From contig NC_058368.1 in the NCBI RefSeq assembly GCF_018350175.1, positions 166,720,001-166,784,000 of the forward strand: a DNA stretch of 64,000 nt. The letters run 5' to 3'. Positions 1-13,700 of the stretch are shown one piece after another. The translations under genes were made by a program, and so were the position numbers. The notes under the pieces were generated by a model that saw only the letters and a list, made by a program, of their open reading frames with translations, did no database searches and had not been told where the DNA came from. The stretch is from Felis catus (lineage: Eukaryota). Position 1 is the stretch's first letter. Each line of letters begins with the position of its first letter.

Positions 1-589
1 TGCCTGTGTATATATTTAATTAATTTATCAACAAATATTTTAAGGTAGACCTGTTGGGTGCCTATCATTTTGAATCACTGGCAGACATGCCCAACCTCTA
101 CTCTGAGAGTGTTTGATCTGTACATATAACTCTAGACAAAACCAAGACAGAATTTAGGAGAGCACACTTCAAAAATCCTTGCAATGATACTTTCTTAAAA
201 CATGCCAAAAGAGAGTATATATACCTAAATGATGTTTTCTGGATATTATTTTACCTAAAACAGTTAATTAATTGCAAATAAGTTACCCAAAAGTATCTTG
301 GAAAATTTGTAAACTTTAATGTCTATGTATGTATGTATTTTGAGGAAAAAAATCCACTTTTCTATATTTTCTGAAATGTATGGGTTTGTATTTCCAGTTT
401 GTCCCTGCTGTTGCTATTCTCTACAATGTAATATTACATCTAATAAACATCCAGCAGAAAATGCTATAAAAATCAGTAATGTGACTTGTTAAACAAGTAT
501 TAGATATTGGAATCATGCTATATATGTTACCTTCACTTTCTATTTAAAGAAATCATTAAATTAAATGATGGCTAGAAAAGTCGAGTATG

Positions 590-814
590 GGGGCGCCTGG
601 GTGGCTCAGTCAGTTAAGCTGCCGACTTCAGCTCAGGTCACGATCTCGCGGTCCGTGAGTTCGAGCCCCACGTCAGGCTCTGGGCTGATGGCTCAGAGCC
701 TGGAGCCTGCTTCCGATTCTGTGTCTCCCTCTCTCTCTGCCCCTCCCCCGTTCATGCTCTGTCTCTCTCTGTCTCAAAAATAAATAACACGTTACAAAAA
801 TTAAAAAAAAAAAA
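590..814 (+). mobile_element. Can-SINE (SINEC_Fc type), young
   Basis: GGGGCGCCTGGGTGGCTCAG head, (CT)n tract, AATAAA and A-tail; 16-bp TSD agaaaa(g/a)tcgagtatg at 574-589 and 815-830. Confidence 0.95.
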
Positions 815-1726
815 AGAAAAATCGAGTATGCTGAAATGATAGAAAGTAAAATAAAAGGATTGCCTGAGAGACAAAGACATGCTAGAAAAATTGTATATGT
901 GTGAAAAGCTGTAAATCAAATTATTTGATATTTAGCAGTAGTCACTAGTACGTCTTAAAAAAAAATAAGTGAGGCAGGAAAGATCAAATACCTCATCTAG
1001 CAGTTAGTGTATGCTACTATGTAATCATTTCTAGTATTTTAAAATTTGTGAAATAAGGCATCACATTTATTATTTGAAGCGTTAGCTGTAATTTTAATTT
1101 ATTATTTTCTGTTAAGGGCGAGTGTTCTATTATCTGCATTGTAAGTGGAATTTTTATTTGATGCAAGTTTGATACACATTTTTAATTATGGATCATAAAT
1201 TCACTTCCCAGCAAACTTTGCCTGTCTATATGCATTCTTAAAATATACTAAATATTATTGTCTTGGACCTTGTACATTTATTATCAAAGCATTTCAACAA
1301 CTGTGTATGATATTAATACCAGTTTACAATTAAGAATCTGCTCTTTTGTCAGATAGCAGATATCACAGATGTTTTTCCAAAAGTTGTTCTTCACTACAGA
1401 TGTGACAGAGTAGAGGCAAAGAACAAAGCATCAGATTACCTGGTCACAGAAGGCAGAGGTTATGTTCAGGATTGCAAATATCAGGAACTCAAGAAAAATA
1501 CCAGAGTGGTGAAAACTACAAAAAAGGAGAGTAAAACTAAAAAAAAAACAACTGTAAACAAAATTTCTCCTACCTGTTAGCTGACACCCTTACTACCCAT
1601 GTGCTAGGTAAAACTGAAAGAAACATAACTGAGAATAGCAACCATGAGGCTAAGGATATGATTAAAAATTTGAGTAGCTATAGAATACTGGGAAGTAGAT
1701 TTTGGAGTTAAAACTTCACCAAAGTT

Positions 1727-1920
1727 GGGACACTTGTGTGGGCTCAGTTGGTTAAGTGTCCTGCTCTTGGTTTTGGCTCAGGTCATGATCTCAAAGTTAG
1801 TGGGATCAAGTCCCACAACAGGCTCTGTGCTGACAGCATTGATGCTGCTTGGGATTCTCTCCTTCTCTCTCTGCCCCTGGTCTTTCTCTCTCTCAAAATA
1901 AATAAATAAACTTAGGGAAA
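1727..1920 (+). mobile_element. Older Can-SINE
   Basis: Degenerate head (ggctcagttggttaag), ggctcaggtcatgatctc, CT tract, (AAAT)n; degenerate TSD aaaactt..ccaaagt. Confidence 0.85.
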
Positions 1921-2199
1921 AAAAACTTAGCCAAAGTGTATGAAGTCTAGTCAGTATCCTAGACCATTGGTTTAAACCCAAAAAATGTCCTTTCTGTAAG
2001 GACCATACCCAAGAAATAAGTATGATGCCTATGAATAAGGACTACACTTTACAAGGTTGGACAAACTGAACAGACAAGCCTTAGTAAAGCCTTAACTCCA
2101 GACACAACAGAGCAAGTTAATCACCAGAATACTAAAGCCTATAGAAGGAAAGTTTAATCTTTTGGAAGAAGAAAACATTATCCAATACTTTCAACAGTA

Positions 2200-5070
2200 T
2201 ATTTCAAGAATGTTCAACATATTTGAGTAACACTAAAAAAAGATTGAAATGACTGAAAATTAATATAAAACAAGGACAATGGATGAGGGACACAGATAAT
2301 ACAGATACGAAAATTATCAGATAAGGACTTTATGACTAATATATTAATCATGATAAAAATCTGAAAAAGAAGAAAAGATGAAAAATAGATTTAAAAGTTA
2401 AGATTTTAACAGAGAATTGGAAATTACAAAAAAAAAAAACAGAAAAATTATGAAGGTAAGATTACACTGAATGAGATTGAACAAAATATGACATAGATTT
2501 AGAAAACCAGAAATAGGAAAAAATAGAATACATACAAACTGAAGCCCTGAGAGTATCAAGAATGAAAAAAACTTGCATAAAGTAAAATACAAGAGACATG
2601 TGAGACACTATTAAAAGGTCTAACATATGTGAAATTTGAGTCCCAGAGGAGTGGAGAGAGAAAATGAGACAGAATTGGTGTTTGAAAAAAAAATCTCAGC
2701 AAATAATTTTTTAAAAAAACTTATGAAAATTTATCTGTGAATCTCTTTCAGATGCAAATATTCCATTTAATTCTTTGCAAGATAAGTATTTAAAAAAAAC
2801 AGCACTCCAATCACATCAAAATGAACTGTTGAAAATCAAAGATGAAGAGAAAGCTTTAACAGTAGCTGAGAAACAAAAGATATATTACCTTCAAAGAACA
2901 GTAAGATTGATGGCTGACTTTTTAACAAGAGCAATCAAAGATAGATGACAGTTTGATAACACATTTACATTCTGGAAATATTTCCAATGCACAATTCTAT
3001 ACTCAGAAGAAATATCCTTCAAATATGGAATAGCAGGTATCAGACTCCCCTCCACACACACTCTAAAAAACTATAAAACTGGAAAAAGTATACAAATAAA
3101 CTTTTTATATCCTGAACAATACATGAAACAAGGATTTATCAGCAAGAGAAAGGAAACACATTGAGTAAGCATCACATTCACCAAGATTTGCACTGAGGAC
3201 AGGGAGGAGCTTTCTGAAGCATGAAAAAGGGAAGGGGAGTTTGAAAAGAGATAGATAAGAAATCGCTCTGGGAAGAGGAGACCACTAGTTGCAATATGGG
3301 ACTCCTGAGTCAGCTGCAATTTGGAAATCAGGATACAAGAGATAAAGGAGATATGCAGAGAAAGAACACCAGAATCTGCACAGGGATCCTTTGAGTCTTT
3401 GGCTGAAGATTAATCTGCACAGGCACAGGATAATACTCCACAAGACTTGCCAGGGAACAACTACTGAAGAACTGTATCCTAAATAAAAATTCTGGAGGTT
3501 ACAAAATCCTGGATACTCTAGAGTTTATACAGTCAGTGTGTAGAGACTTCATGGTCACTCTGGACATTGAACTGAATTGCCAGAAAGCCCTTTCTTTACA
3601 AGTAAAGCTACTCTCATGCTAGGGTAAGGCTACTTTAAAACTACCCTAATAAATTCTAAAATCAAGACTCAACAGAATTGTAAATTAACTTCCTTTAAAG
3701 ACAAACTTTATCATTTAAAAAAAGAAAAAAGAGAAACAGAACCAAGATGCTAAACAACATAACATCCACAAGGACCAGCACATAGTCACAAACTGATACC
3801 CACATACAAAAGTGGGATCCTATCATCTGTAGCTAAAAGGAAAAAATAAAGAGAGTTTTAGGGATGTCACTAAAATTAGAATACATGAAAATTAAAACAG
3901 CTATTTTATATAAGGTCAAAGATTTAAAGAAAAATTTAGGCATCAAGCGGTAAGAGGTGGAAAATCACAACAGAAAAATGAAGAATATAAAAAGGAACTT
4001 AATTATTCTGCTTCCAAGAATAATTAAGTACATGTTATAGACCAGCTCTCCTGCCATAAACAACCAGAAATGGTTTTCAGACATTGGACACTAGGCAGTA
4101 CAGAGCTCTAATCCTGATAGGAGAAAAACAAACAAGATGAATTTTATGATTACTCTAGCTTGCTGACTGTCTAGAAGCATTTTCTGAACTTCTAGTATAG
4201 TAAAGGGGAAATCGATCAGAAGAAACATTATCTCTTTCTTGACAAGATAAAGATCAGAGCTCATAGCTCTAGAAGAAGTGGAAATATATGGTGTAGAATA
4301 TGTATAAGAAGCTCTTACACAGAAAAATAGCTCCAGAGATCTATGTGGACTCCTCTTCAGTGTTCACCTGAAGACTAGTCAGCTATGTAACCATATAGGA
4401 TGATACTCCACAATGAACAATTACCTTGGATCTGTAAGCTAAACAACCATGAAAAATCACACAGTATAGGAAGACATTTAAATTCAGACAAAGAGTGGAG
4501 AATATTATTGAATACTTAGGGCTATAGGTAGAGTCACCAGAAATGGTTTACACACATTTTGAGTAGTGATAAACCATTCCTAAAGTAAAGACTACTGTTG
4601 ATCCATTCTAACAAGCGATATGATGAGCTTTCAAAGGATCAATCTAATCCACAAATATTTTAACTTCCTGTCAAAAATTTAATTTCCTGCTTTGTATCTT
4701 GATGAGGTCCCAACACTTGAGAGTAAAAAATGTCATATATTCAAAAGCATAACATTTATAATGTCCACCATTCAATCAAAATGTGTTAGTCACCTGAAGA
4801 TACAATAAAATGTGACCAATAACCTGACAATAATAAATTAGGAGAAACACGTTTAGAAATCAATTTCATAATTGACAACAAAATTATAAAAACATATAAA
4901 TGTGTTCAAGAATCTAAAGGAAAGCATAAACATAACAAAAAGAAATGAATTCTAGAGAAGCAAAAATGGAAATCTTAGGAATGAATATATAGTTCAGCAA
5001 ATAGGATTAATATAGGATTAATGGCAGATTATACACATCAAAGGAAAGATTAGTAAACTTAATGATAAGG
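2200..5070 (+). mobile_element. Ancient L1M 5'/ORF1 fragments (highly decayed)
   Basis: Purine-rich, ORF1-like motifs (aaggtctaacatatgtgaaatttgagtcccagagg; ggctgacttt; aattctatactcag..aaatatccttcaaa); boundaries approximate. Confidence 0.6.
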
Positions 5071-5899
5071 CCTTCCTAATATAGGACATAAATGTTACAG
5101 ATTTTATTAAATATCAATGCCAATTTTCCTTTTTATGCTTTTTTGTGTTCTAATTCATGATTCTAAAAGAATCCATAAATAATGATTTGTAATTAACAAA
5201 TTTCATGACACTTGAACAAAACTTTGTAATACTAAATAATTCACATATGTCTAAATGAAACATTTGTGATAATGACTATATTTGTTAAAGATGGTAAAAC
5301 TGCATCTATATCTGTTAAAGATGATAAAAACTGAAATATAACCTTGTGATTTATGTGATAATATTAAAATATTTCTAGTCTTTGATGGAAATATATAAAA
5401 CTTCATTACGAAGTTTGGTCTCAATTTCAAAATCCTACTTTATTTCTGAATCTAATAATTGCTTCAAGAATATTATAGATAATTTCATTGCACCTTCCCC
5501 AGCAAAGTAATTTTTTTCCAAGTTACTATTGATAGCATACAATCTAAGAGCTGCAGTGGCTCAGGAAAAGATGTAGAATTTTGCATTAGTTTCAATTGAA
5601 AAAAAAACTATGTGGAAGGGTTATTTTTAACAACATATTTAGTGATTTTGCTGAAACTGAGGCATAAATTTTATGAAATAATTATAAAGTCAGTTGTTAA
5701 TTGTTTATTATGTACTCAAACATATAGGATGATTGGGAGACATTTCTCCATGAGTATTTCATATTTCTACACATCTTGCCAGGAGAGACATTGTCATTTT
5801 TTTGTTCCAGACTACGTTTTAAAGAATATTTTTATAGAAAACAGACTTAGAAGATAGAGATAGTGTGTTCTTCCAGGAAAGCAGATAGAATTTTTCATC

Positions 5900-8503
5900 T
5901 TCTTTTTTTATTTTTTTAAAATATTATTTAATGTCAAATTGTCTAACATACAGTGTATACTGTGTGCTCTTGGCTTCAGGAGTAGGTTCCCATGATTCAT
6001 CGCTTACATGCAACACCAAGTGCTCATCCCAACATGTGCCTTCCTCAATGGCCATCACCCATTTCCCCCTTGCCCCCACCTCCCCATCACCCCTCATTTT
6101 GTTCTCTGTATTTAAAAGTTTCTTATGGTTTGCTCCACTCTCTATTTGAAACTATTTTTCCCCTTCCCTTCCCTCCATGGCCTTCTGTTAAGTTTCTCAA
6201 ATTCTACATATGAGTGAGAACATATGATATATATCTTTCTCTGATTGACATATATCACTTAGCATAATACCCTCCATTCCATTCAAGTTTTTGCAAATGG
6301 CAGAATTTCATTCTTTCTCTTTGTCAAGTAGTATTACATTGTATATGTAAACCACATCTTCTTTAGCTATTCAGCAGTTGATGGACATTTGGGCTCTTTC
6401 CATAATTTGGCTATTGTTGATAGTGCTGCTATAAACATTGGGGTACATGTGCCCCTATGCATCAGCACTTAAGTTTCATTTGGATTAATTCCTAGGAGTG
6501 TTATTGCTGAATCATAGGGTAATTCTATTTTTAATTTTTTGAGAAACCTCCACACTATTTTCCAGAGCAGCTGCACCAGTTTGCATTCCCACCAACAGTG
6601 CAAAAGGGTTCCCATTTCTCCACATCTTCGCCAACATCTGTCATTTCCTGAGTTGTTCATTTTAGCCACTCTGACCAGTGTGAGGTGGTATCTCAATGTC
6701 ATTTTGATTTGTATTCCCCTGATGATGAGCGATGTTGAGCATCTTTTCATGTGTCCACTGGCCATGTGGATGTCTTCTTTGGAAAAGTGTCTATTCATGT
6801 CTTCTGCCCATTTCTTCACTGGATTATTTGTTTTTCAAGTGTTGAGCTTGGTAAGTTCTTTATAGATTTTGAATGCTATCCCTTTTCCAAATATATTCTC
6901 CCATTCCATCATTGCCTTTTAGTTTTGTTGATTGTCTCCTTTGCAGTTCAGAAGCTTTGTATCTTGATGAGGTCCCAATACTTCATTTTTGCTTTTATTT
7001 TCCTTGCCTTAAGAGATGTGTTGAGCAAGAAATTGCTGCAGCTAAGTCAAAAAGTTTGTTGCCTGTTTTCTCCTCTAGCATTTTGATGGGGTCCTGTATC
7101 ACATTTAGGTCTTTCATACATTTTGAGTTTATTTTTGTGTATGGTAAAAGAAAGTGGTCCAGTTTCATTCTTCTGTATGTTGCTGCCCAGTTCTTCCATC
7201 ACCATTTGCTAAAAAGAATGTCTTTTTTCCATTGGATACTCCTTCCTGCTTTGTCAAAAATTAGTTGGCCATACATTTGTGGGTCCAATTCTGGGTTCTC
7301 TATTCCATTGGTCTATGTGTCTGTTTTTGTGCCAGTACCATACTGTCCTGATGATTATACCTTTGCAGTAGAGGCTGAAGTCTGGGATTGTGATGCCTCC
7401 TTCTTTGGTTTTCTTTTTCAACACTACTTTGGCTTTTGGAGTCTTTTGTGGTTCCATACAAATTTTAGGATTGGTTGTTTTAGCCCTGAGAAGAATGCCA
7501 GTGCAATTTTGATTGGGATTGCATTGAATGTATAGACTGCTTTGGGTAGTATTGACATTTTAACAATATATGTTCTTCCAATCCATGAGCATGGAATGTT
7601 TTTCCATTTCTTTGTGTCTTCAATTTCCCTCATAAGTTTTCTATAGTTTTCAGCATAGAGATATTTTACCTCTTTAGTTAGGTATATTCCTGGGTATTTT
7701 ATGGTTCTTGGTGCAATTGTAAATGGGATTGATTTCCTGATTTCTCTTTCTGTTGCTTCATTTAGTGTATAGAAACACAACTGATTTCTGTACGTTGATT
7801 TTGTATCTCACTACTTTGCTGAATTAATGTGTCAGTTCTAGCAACTTTTTGTCAGAGTCTTTCAGGTTTTCGACGTGTAGTATCATGTCATCTGCGAAAT
7901 GTGGAAGTTTGACTTCTTCTTTGCCAATTTGGACGCCTTTTACTTCATTTTGTTGTCTGATTGCTGAGGCTAGGACTTCCAACACGATGTAAAACAACAG
8001 TGGTGAGGGTGGACATCCCTTCTGTGTTCCTGATCTCAGAGGGGAAAAGCTCTCAGCTTTTCCCCATTGAGGATGATATTAGCTGTGGGCTTTTCATGTA
8101 TGGCTCTTAGGATGTTAAGGTATATTCCTTCTGTCCTGACTTTCCTGAGGGTTTTCATTAAGAAAGGATTCTATATTTTGTCAAATGTTTTTTCTGCATC
8201 TTTTGACAGGATCATATGGTTCTTATCCTTTCTTCTATTAATGTGATGTATCATATTGATTGATTTGTGAATATTGAACTACCCTGCAGCCCAGGAATGA
8301 ATCCCATTTGATCAATGTAAATAATTCTTTTAATATACTGTTGAAGTCGATTTGCTAGTATCTTGTTGAGAATTTTTGCATCCGTGTTCATCAGGGATAT
8401 TGGCTTATAATTCTCCTTTTTTGCAAGGTCTCTGTCTGATTTGGGAATCGAGGTAATGCTGGCTTCATAGAATCAGTCTCGAAGCTTTCCTTCTGTTTCT
8501 TTT

Positions 8504-8585
<82 letters not shown>

Positions 8586-8638
8586 GAACAGCATGAGAAG
8601 GATAGGTGTTAACTCTTCTTCTTTAAATGTCTGGTAGA
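5900..8638 (-). mobile_element. Carnivore L1, 3' portion (3'UTR and ORF2 RT/C-terminus); host of the nested L1
   Basis: Poly-T at ~5900; ORF2 fragments 6469-6819, 7254-7457 and 7424-7780 on the minus strand; interrupted at 8638. Confidence 0.95.
8497..8584. repeat. (TTTC)n plus poly-T expansion inside L1
   Basis: Read directly from sequence. Confidence 0.95.
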
Positions 8639-8853
8639 GCAATTAAGGATAAAGGTCCTGACTGCTAGATTGGGTAACTCGGTTTAGCAGATACAGTGTG
8701 AACTGGCGAGGCCCGGGGAGGTGGGCGTGGGGGTGAGGGGTGGGGAGGTGATCCTCAAGGTGTTTACAGCTCAGGCCCCTAGTGCCCTGGGCTCCATACT
8801 GCAGCTGCCTGCTGAGTGACTCTGAGGAATGAAAGCTAAGAAAGTTCTCTGTA
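8639..8853 (+). other. Non-L1, GC-rich segment between the left TSD and the L1 start (putative 5' transduction)
   Basis: No recognisable L1 or SINE similarity; lies inside the TSD pair, immediately upstream of the L1 YY1 motif. Confidence 0.6.
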
Positions 8854-8865
8854 GAGGATAGAGAG

Positions 8866-8875
8866 AAGATGGCGG
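8866..8875 (+). promoter_or_regulatory. YY1 motif (AAGATGGCGG) at the start of the L1 internal promoter
   Basis: Match to the YY1 consensus at the L1 5' end, followed by a CpG-rich 5'UTR. Confidence 0.8.
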
Positions 8876-9783
8876 CTTAGGAGGATGCTGGGCTCACCGC
8901 GCGTCCTGCTGATCACTTAGATTCCACCTACACCTGCCTAAATAACCCAGAAAACTGCCTGAGGATTAGCAGAACAGAGTCGCTTCAGCCAAACGCAGAC
9001 GAGAGGCCCACGGAAGAGGGTAGGAAGGGCGGCGAGGCGGTGCGCGCTCCACAGACTGGCGGGAGGGAGCCGGGGCTGAGGGGCGGCTCCCCGGCCAAGC
9101 AGAGCCCCAGAGTCTGGCTTGCAAAAGCGGAGGGGCCTGACGGACTGTGTTCCCACAACAAGCGCGACTTAGCGTCTGGGAGGTCATAAGCTAACAGCTC
9201 TGCTTGGAAAGTGGGAAGGCTGGAGGACAAAGGGAGGGAGAGCTGCTGAGCCCCCTGACGACAGAGCTCAGTTTGGTGGGGAACAAAGGCGCTCACCAGC
9301 GCCATCTCCCCCGCCCATCCCCCAGCCAAAATCCCAAAGGGAACCAGTTCCTGCCAGGGAACTTGCTCGCTCCAAGCAAACACCCAACTCTGTGCTTCTG
9401 CGGAGCCAAACCTCCGGCAGTGGATCTGACTCCCTCCCGCTGCCACAGGGCCCCTCCTGAAGAGGATCACCTAAGGAGAAGCGATCTAAGCCTGCCCCTC
9501 CTGCCCCTGTGCAACTTGCCTACCCACCTGAGCTAATACGCCAGATCCCCAGCATCACAAGCCTGGCAGTGTGCAAGTAGCCCAGACGGGCCACACCACC
9601 CCAAAGTGAATCCCGCCCCTAGGAGAGGGGAAGAGAAGGCACACACCAGTCTGACTGTGGCCCCAGTGGTGGGCTGGGGGCAGACATCAGGTCTGACTGC
9701 GGCCCCGCCCACCGACTCCAGTTATACACCACAGCACAGGGGAAGTGCCCTGCAGGTCCTCACCATGCCAGGGACTCTCCAAA

Positions 9784-10677
9784 ATGACCAAGCAGAAGAA
9801 TTCCCCTCAGAAGAATCTCCAGGAAATAACAACAGCTAATGAGCTGATCAAAAAGGATTTAAATAATATAACAGAAAGTGAATTTAGAATAATAGTCATA
9901 AAATTAATCGCTGGGCTTGAAAACAGTATACAGGACAGCAGAGAATCTCTTGCTACAGAGATCAAGGGACTAAGGAACAGTCACGAGGAGCTGAAAAACA
10001 CTTTAAACGAAATGCATAACAAAATGGAAACCACCACAGCTCGGCTTGAAGAGGCAGAGGAGAGAATAGGTGAACTAGAAGATAAAGTTATGGAAAAAGA
10101 GGAAGCTGAGAAAAAGAGAGAGAAAAAAATCCAGGAGTATGAGGGGAAAATTAGAGAACTAAGTGATACACTAAAAAGAAATAATATACGCATAATTGGT
10201 ATCCCAGAGGAGGAAGAGAGAGGGAAAGGTGCTGAAGGGGTACCTGAAGAAATAATAGCTGAGAACTTCCCTGAACTGGGGAAGGAAAAAGGCATTGAAA
10301 TCCAAGAGGCACAGAGAACTCCCTTCAGACGTAACTTGAATCGATCTTCTGCACGACATATCATAGTGAAACTGGCAAAATAGAAGGATAAAGAGAAAAT
10401 TCTGAAAGCAGCAAGGGGTAAACGTGCCCTCACATATAAAGGGAGACCTATAAGACTCGTGAGTGATCTCTCTTTTGAAACTTCAGAGGCCAGAAAGAAT
10501 TGGCACGAGATTTTCAGGGTGCTAGACAGAAAAAATATGCAGCCAAGAATCCTTTATCCAGCAAGTCTGTCATTTAGAATAGAAGGAGAGATAAAGGTCT
10601 TCCCAAACAAACAAAAACTGAAGGAATTTGTCACCACTAAACCAGCCCTACAAGAGATCCTAAGGGGGACTCTGTGA
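9784..10677 (+). pseudogene. L1 ORF1p (297 codons) with one premature stop
   Basis: MTKQKNSPQKNLQE...LQEILRGTL; TAG at 10381-10383 where the paralog at ~19165 has TAC; the frame is otherwise continuous. Confidence 0.93.
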
Positions 10678-10727
10678 GACAAAGTCCCAGAGACATCACT
10701 ACAAGCATAAATCATACAGACATCACA

Positions 10728-13700
10728 TTGACTCTAAACCCGTATCTTTCTATAATAACACTGAATGTAAATGGATTAAATGTGCCAACCAAAAGACATA
10801 GGGTATCAGAATGGATTAAAAAACAAGACCCATCTATTTGCTGTCTACAAGAGACTCATTTTAGACCTGAGGACACCTTTAGATTGAGAGTGAGGGGATG
10901 GAGAACTATTTATCATGCGACTGGAAGCCAAAAGAAAGCTGGAGTAGCCTACTTATATCAGACAAACTAGATTTTAAATTAAAGGCTGTAACAAGAGACG
11001 AAGAAGGACATTATATAATAGTTACAGGGTCTATCCATCAGGAAGAGCTAACAATTATAAATGTCTATGCGCCGAATACCGGAGCCCCCAAATATATAAA
11101 ACAATTACTCATAAACATAAGCAACCTTATTGATAAGAATGTGGTAATTGCAGGGGACTTTAACACCCCACTTACAGAAATGGATAGATCATCTAGACAC
11201 ATGGTCAATAAAGAAACAAGGGCCCTGAATGAGATTGGATCAGATGGACTTGACAGATATATTTAGAACTCTGCATCCCAAAGCAACAGATTATAGTTTC
11301 TTCTCAAGTGCACATGGAACATTCTCCAAGATAGATCATATACTGGGTCACAAAACAGCCCTTCATAAGTTTACAAGAATTGAAATTATACCATGCATAC
11401 TTTCAGACCACAATGCTATGAAGCTTGAAATCAACCACAGAAAAAAGTCTGGAAAACCTCCAAAAGCATGGAGGTTAAAGAACACCCTACTAACGAATGA
11501 GTGGGTCAACCAGGCAATTAGAGAAGAAATTAAAAAATATATGGGAACAAACGAAAATGAAAATACAACAATCCAAACGCTTTGGGATGCAGCGAAGGCA
11601 GTCCTGAGAGGAAAATACATTGCAATCCAGGCCTATCTCAAGAAACAAGAAAAATCCCAAATACAAAATCTAACAGCACACCTAAAGGAACTAGAAGCAG
11701 AACAGCAAAGGCAGCCTAAATCCAGCAGAAGAAGAGAAATAATAAAGATCAGAGCAGAAATAAACAATATAGAATCTAAAAAAACTGTAGAGCAGATCAA
11801 CAAAACCAAGAGTTGGTTTTTTGAAAAAATAAACAAAATTGACAAACCTCTAGCCAGGCTTCTCAAAAAGAAAAGGGAGATGACCCAAATAGATAAAATC
11901 ATGAATGAAAATGGAATGATTACAACCAATCCCTCAGAGATACAAACAATTATCAGGGAATACTATGAAAAATTATATGCCAACAAATTGGACAACCTGG
12001 AAGAAATGGACAAATTCCTGAACACCCACACTCTTCCAAAACTCAATCAGGAGGAAATAGAAAGCTTGAACAGACCCATAACCAGTGAAGAAATTGAATC
12101 AGTTATCAAAAATCTCCCAACAAATAAGAGTCCAGGACCAGATGGCTTCCCAGGGGAGTTCTACCAGACATTTAAAGCAGAGATAATACCTATCCTTCTC
12201 AAGCTATTCCAAGAAATAGAAAGGGAAGGAAAACTTCCAGACTCATTCTATGAAGCCAGTATTACTTTGATTCCTAAACCAGACAGAGACCCAGTAAAAA
12301 AAGAGAACTACAGGCCAATATCCCTGATGAATATGGATGCAAAAATTCTCAATAAGATACTAGCAAATAGAATTCAACAGCATATAAAAAGAATTATTCA
12401 CCATGATCAAGTGGGATTCATTCCTGGGATGCAGGGCTGGTTCAACATTCGCAAATCAATCAACGTGATACATCACATTAACAAAAAAAAAGAGAAGAAC
12501 CATATGATCCTGTCAATCGTTGCAGAAAAGGCCTTTGACAAAATCCAGCACCCTTTCTTAATAAAAACCCTTGAGAAAGTCTGGATAGAAGGAACATACT
12601 TAAACATCATAAAAGCCATTTATGAAAAGCCCACAGCTAACATCATCCTCAATGGGGAAAACTGAGAGCTTTTTCCCTGAGATCAGGAACACGACAGGGA
12701 TGCCCACTCTCACCGCTGCTGTTTAACATAGTACTGGAAGTTCTAGCATCAGCAATCAGACAACAAAAGGAAATCAAAGGCATCAAAATTGGCAAAGATG
12801 AAGTCAAGCTTTCGCTTTTTGCAGAAGACATGATATTATACATGGAAAATCCGATAGACTCCACCAAAAGTCTGCTAGAACTGATACATGAATTCAGCAA
12901 AGCTGCAGGATACAAAATCAATGTACAGAAATGAGTTGCATTCTTATACACTAACAATGAAGCAACAGAAAGACAAATAAAGAAACTGATCCCATTCACA
13001 ATTGCACCAAGAAGCATAAAATACCTAGGAATAAATCTAACCAAAGATGTAAAGGATCTGTATGCTGAAAACTATAGAAAGCTTATGAAGGTAATTGAAG
13101 AAGATTTAAAGAAATGGAAAGACATTCCCTGCTCATGGATTGGAAAAATAAATATAGTCAAAATGTCAATACTACCCAAAGCTATCTACACATTCAATGC
13201 AATCCCAATCAAAATTGCACCAGCATTCTTCTCAAAACTAGAACAAGCAATCCTAAAATTCATATGGAACCACAAAAGGCCCCGAATAGCCAAAGGAATT
13301 TTGAAGAAGAAGACCAAAGCAGGAGGCATCACAATCCCAGACTTTAGCCTCTACTACAAAGCTGTCATCATCAAGACAGCATGGTATGGGCACAAAAACA
13401 GACACATAGACCAATGGAATAGAATAGAAACCCCAGAACTAGACCCACAAACGTATGGCCAACTCATCTTTGACAAAGCAGGAAAGAACATCCAATGGAA
13501 AAAAGACAGCCTCTTTAACAAATGGTGCTGGGAGAACTGGACAGCAACATACAGAAGGATGAAACTAGACCACTTCCTCACACCATTCACAAAAATAAAC
13601 TCAAAATGGATAAAGGACCTAAATGTGAGACAGGAAACCATCAAAACCTTAGAGGAGAAAGCAGGAAAAGACCTCTCTGACCTCAGCCGTAGCAATCTCT

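Noticed and set aside
225..254. 30-bp minus-strand micro-exon candidate (GKIISRKHHL)
   Set aside because: It is too short and the donor (gtatat) too weak to distinguish from chance.
565..783. SINE-derived ORFs and tRNA-like A/B boxes
   Set aside because: Can-SINE heads are tRNA-derived but are neither tRNA genes nor protein genes.
6539..7535. Long + strand ORFs (108-220 aa) and similar hydrophobic ORFs opposite other L1s
   Set aside because: These are antisense shadows of L1 ORF1/ORF2, not genes.
8985..9470. 161-aa antisense ORF in the L1 5'UTR (possible ORF0 analogue)
   Set aside because: It starts at GTG, lies in GC-rich DNA where stop codons are rare, and ORF0 is described for primate L1. 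There is no supporting evidence here.
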